58,900 nt of DNA, taken from NCBI GenBank assembly GCA_049975265.1, contig JBNGDF010000014.1, positions 5,507-64,406 on the forward strand, given 5' to 3'. How positions within the stretch are numbered: the stretch's first letter is position 1; every line of letters starts with the position of its first letter. The notes beneath the pieces are model-generated. The model was not told where the DNA came from, did no database searches, and was given only the letters and a program-made list of their open reading frames with translations. Positions 57,872 to 58,900 of the stretch are shown piece after piece. The translations under genes were made by a program, and so were the position numbers. This stretch comes from Fidelibacterota bacterium (GTDB lineage: Bacteria > Fidelibacterota > UBA2242).

Positions 57872-58885
57872 TCAGTTCTCTTTGTCTTTTGTGCGGAACG
57901 TCGCAGCCATTATCTCCAATTGGCGGAGATATGGCAGAACTCTTTCACCGGGGGAATAGACCAGCATATCGATGACGAAACTCCGGTCGGTGTAGGAATC
58001 GTAAAATGCATAGGTCATAAAGGGTCCGCCCTGCGGCTTTTCTTCATGATACCAGAGACCCCACATGCGCAGTGCGTCAAAATCCCCCAATTTGACGAAC
58101 TTATGTCCCAAAAATCGTTTCTCCGTCTTGATCTGTCCATAGATGCGCCCGATCTTTTCCCGCTTCTGGAAAAGCCCGTTGGCGGTCAGCCATTCCGTCT
58201 GGACACCCGGCTCCCAGGAGACCGAAATCCAGCGATACGGCAGCGCCCGTCCCAGCCAGAGGAAACCCGCAGCCGGTGCTTCCCGGATAATCTGGAAATC
58301 GCTGGGAATCCGCATTGCCCAGCCGTATTTCCGCCATAATTTCCGCGACATCTCTTTCTGCTCATATTCATTAAACAGAAATCGGGATTGCCGCTCGATA
58401 TATTTTTCGTCGATTTTGGAAAAAATCCAGCCCTGCCTCTGCCTGATAAAATCCGCCAGTTTTTCCATATCGTAACCGGCGGCAATAATCATGATCTGCG
58501 TTTTTTCCCAGACATCGGGAAGCGCAAAAAGCGCCACCGTATCGGCTTTGATAGACTCCAGCCGTTTATCACTCAGCAGACTTTTCACCAGCTGGCTGGC
58601 AGCGTTATTGACATTCATATCCGCCACAACGATAGAGTGGGGCAGATAGATAACCTCCTTGAGCTCATTGAGCGGTCGCCAGGCGGTCAGGTAGTAATGC
58701 TGAAATTCGGGTGTTCGAATCCCAAAAGAAAAGGTCGTGTCAATCGCCGTCTGAACCTTCTCCCGAGCGGCATCCGACGCCAACACGTACACGATGTCCC
58801 CCGGACCTTTCGCCATCCGTTTGCCCTCGCAGCCCAGCAGCAGCATCACCGCCAACAGCAGAAAACTTTTCGGATTTACACGCAT
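57872..58885 (-). CDS. DUF4837-like lipoprotein
   Basis: Lipobox LLGC; DVWEKTQ, IPSDF, GLW...GGPF, YSPG...YLRQLE resemble the Bacteroidota DUF4837 family (recognised from memory, not searched). Confidence 0.65.
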   Translation of the reverse strand: MRVNPKSFLLLAVMLLLGCEGKRMAKGPGDIVYVLASDAAREKVQTAIDTTFSFGIRTPEFQHYYLTAWRPLNELKEVIYLPHSIVVADMNVNNAASQLVKSLLSDKRLESIKADTVALFALPDVWEKTQIMIIAAGYDMEKLADFIRQRQGWIFSKIDEKYIERQSRFLFNEYEQKEMSRKLWRKYGWAMRIPSDFQIIREAPAAGFLWLGRALPYRWISVSWEPGVQTEWLTANGLFQKREKIGRIYGQIKTEKRFLGHKFVKLGDFDALRMWGLWYHEEKPQGGPFMTYAFYDSYTDRSFVIDMLVYSPGERVLPYLRQLEIMAATFRTKDKEN

Positions 58886-58900
58886 CAAATAAACTCTATT

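Noticed and set aside
90..58485. Numerous antisense and alternate-frame ORFs in the track (e.g. 90-653, 11296-11853, 41116-41697, 44945-45592, 56945-57586)
   Set aside because: They are shadows of well-supported genes on the opposite strand or frame, with no recognisable motifs.
1..58900. CRISPR array, prophage, transposase, retron/DGR, toxin-antitoxin or defence system
   Set aside because: No regularly spaced repeats, and no cas, integrase, reverse transcriptase, nuclease or phage structural genes were recognised; nearly all coding space is explained by known families.

Overview
Gene-dense bacterial core-genome segment, mostly on the minus strand, with about 60 CDS and 2 tRNAs (Val-GAC, Leu-GAG). 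Gene content (GWxTD protein, DUF4837-like lipoprotein, folB-folK-dNK, many secreted peptidases, DUF362 Fe-S protein, FTR-glutaredoxin pair) suggests an anaerobic FCB-superphylum lineage such as Marinimicrobia, KSB1 or Calditrichota; this placement is inference only. Main blocks: galE/lpdA; dmpA-racemase; grx-FTR; ppiD; tRNA-Val-thrS-infC-rpmI-rplT-pheS-pheT-zapB-zapA-rny-folD-cNMP-nitroreductase-lgt; folB-folK-dNK followed by hypotheticals and a frameshifted serine hydrolase; tandem hsp20; pepO; a stand-alone EF-G; nnr-vanZ-recN; smc-GWxTD-comF; pgk-tpiA-secG-tRNA-Leu-TPR; rsmE-HIT; tmk-ctpA-NlpC/P60; purE-rfbD-dpm-GT2-accA-queuosine transporter. I found no prophage, CRISPR array, transposase, defence island or clearly novel multi-gene system. 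The best leads are smaller: a ~210-nt structured leader with a terminator and uORF upstream of tRNA-Val/thrS, a GT2 fused to an apparently dead phosphoglycosyl-transferase domain, a 14-bp motif shared by the rny and smc upstream regions, an uncharacterised His-motif lipoprotein beside a nucleoside kinase, a non-AUG infC start, an LSAGE SMC signature and an IS200/IS605-like hairpin scar.
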